From: Reclinomonas americana ATCC 50394
Taxonomy: Eukaryota
Direction of reading: 5' to 3'
NCBI GenBank assembly: GCA_048213135.1
Contig: PS015500.1
Span: forward strand, 1 to 44,894
Length of the DNA stretch: 44,894 nt
Shown here piece by piece: positions 43,359-44,894 of this stretch; positions within the stretch are counted from its first letter, which is position 1; each line of letters opens with the position of its first letter. Under the pieces are notes generated by a model. That model was not told the origin of the DNA. It saw only the letters and a list, made by a program, of their open reading frames with translations, and searched no databases. The position numbers were made by a program, and so were the translations under genes.

Positions 43359-44420
43359 TCAGACGCCCTCCTCACTCCAAAACTGCGGCTGGTCAACGAG
43401 GCCTCGACGGTGCACCATTACCTCCGCCTCCTCGACGATGAAGCAGCGCAGCACCATCTCTGGCAGGCATCGCGAATCCACTTCCTCTCCGGTGCCTGCC
43501 TCCTGCATCTCCTGGACGATGAGCATGACCGATCGTGCGCAGTCGAGCTCGAGATGGGCGAGGCCACATAGCGTGGACCACACTCGGATCGTCATATCGT
43601 CACTCCCACTCACAAGGTGCTGCCCGTTGAGAGAGATGGCGAGAGACGTCACCCCACTGATGTGCCCCTTCAACCGATGCACTTCTTTTCCACTCGCCAT
43701 GTACCACACTCGAATGGTCGCGTCGTCACTTGCACTGATAACGTGCTGACCATCGGGAGTCACGGCGAGAGACCGCACCATATCGGTGTGTCTCTCACAC
43801 CGCCACACCTCTTCCCCGCTCGCCACGGACCACACTCGCACGGTTGTGTCGTCGCTCCCGCTCACAATGGACAGGCAATCCGGCGTCATCGTGACACGCA
43901 TCACGTCGGAGGTGTGTCCCTCCAATCGACGCACTTGTTCTCCAATCGTCAGCGACCACACACGAATTGTCATGTCCCCGCCCCCGCTCACGATGTGTTC
44001 GTCGTCGGGAGATACGGCGACCGAGTTCACTCGACCAGTGTGACCCTCCAGTCGTCGCACCTCCTTCCCGCTCGTCAGCGACCACACTCGCACTGTCCAA
44101 TCAAGGACTCCACCCCCGCTAACAACGAGCTGACCGCGACGGCTCACAGCGACCGACAGCACCGCTCCAGTGTGTCCCTCCAATCGTCGCACCTCCTCAC
44201 CGTTCGCGAGAGACCACACGCGCACTGTCTGATCAGAACTCCCGCTAACAACGTGCTGACCACGATGGGTGACGGCGACAGCATGCACTGCGGCAGTGTG
44301 TCCCTTCAATCGTCACAATTCTTCACCGCTCGCGAGGGACCACACGCGCGCGGTGTTGTCCCAGCTGCCGCTCACAATGTGGCGGCTGTCGGGGGTGATG
44401 GCAACAGACAGCACCCAGCG
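43359..44420 (-). pseudogene. Paralog of the 17141-18292 WD40 gene; probable pseudogene
   Basis: Seven repeats and the same tail (EEVDSRCLPEMVLRCFIVEEAEV). In-frame TGA at 44313-44315 where sister repeats have CGA. The 5' end abuts a CT-rich tract with no AG acceptor or ATG. Confidence 0.7.
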
Positions 44421-44894
44421 GAGGAGGGAGAGGGGAGGCAGAGAGAGGGAAATAGGAGGGAGGGGAGGAAAGGGAGGGAGGGGGAGGGGAAGAGAGAATG
44501 GAGCGAGGGAGGGGAAAAGGAGGAGAGAGGGAGAGAAAGGAGTGAAGGAGAGGCAGTGAGGGAGAAGAAAAAGGAGGGCGGAAGGGAGAGAGAGGGAGGG
44601 AGGGAGAGAGAGAAGGGAAAGAGGGAGAAGAAAAGGAGGGCGGAAGGGAGAGAGAGGAAGAATGTATACAAGAAGAGAGAAAGAAAGGAGCGAGGGAGAG
44701 GGAGAGGAAGAGAGTGAGGCAGGCAAACAAACATGACCTCACATACACGAACGCCGCATGCACAAGGTGACAGTCAGCGGGAGAAAGTCGGGAATGCAAC
44801 CGTGCCCTCTCCCACACACAGGAAGAGAGAGAGAGTGCGGGGAGAGAGAGAGAGAGAAAGGAGCCAGGGTGAGGGAGAGGAAGACAGTGAGGCC

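Noticed and set aside
44313-44315. In-frame TGA as evidence of a recoded stop codon
   Set aside because: TGA ends the flotillin ORF at its expected C-terminus, and no other conserved exon needs TGA read-through.

Overview
Gene-dense, intron-rich eukaryotic DNA, probably from a protist draft scaffold. It has short GT-AG introns, many CT/GA microsatellites and several N gaps. I spliced the genes by hand. Minus strand: an unassigned gene fragment, the first exon of a PAQR/AdipoR-family gene, an SH3-WW-DH-PH Rho GEF (4101-13229), the cap-adenosine N6-methyltransferase PCIF1/CAPAM (13494-16313), and two paralogous 7-repeat WD40 genes with a shared C-terminal tail (17141-18292; 43359-44420, the second interrupted). 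Plus strand: an intronless plant/fungal-type flotillin (18701-20098) and, 70 nt later, a ~22 kb polycystin-1-like receptor (20169-42330). That receptor runs signal peptide, cadherin-like, FN3 with an inserted NHL propeller, ~9 IPT/Ig-like repeats, FN3, REJ, GAIN/GPS and five TM helices, with no PLAT or channel domain. Main observations: (1) a frequent second class of 5' splice site, GTTG(C/A)G, always after a non-G exon base (16 cases); (2) WD40 paralogs with a conserved scaffold, variable surface positions and an F-box-like tail; (3) an unrecognised duplicated domain in the polycystin cytoplasmic loop; (4) the contig 39689-40964 appears to be inverted in the assembly. All exon structures are manual inferences without transcript data, and the organism cannot be named from this window.
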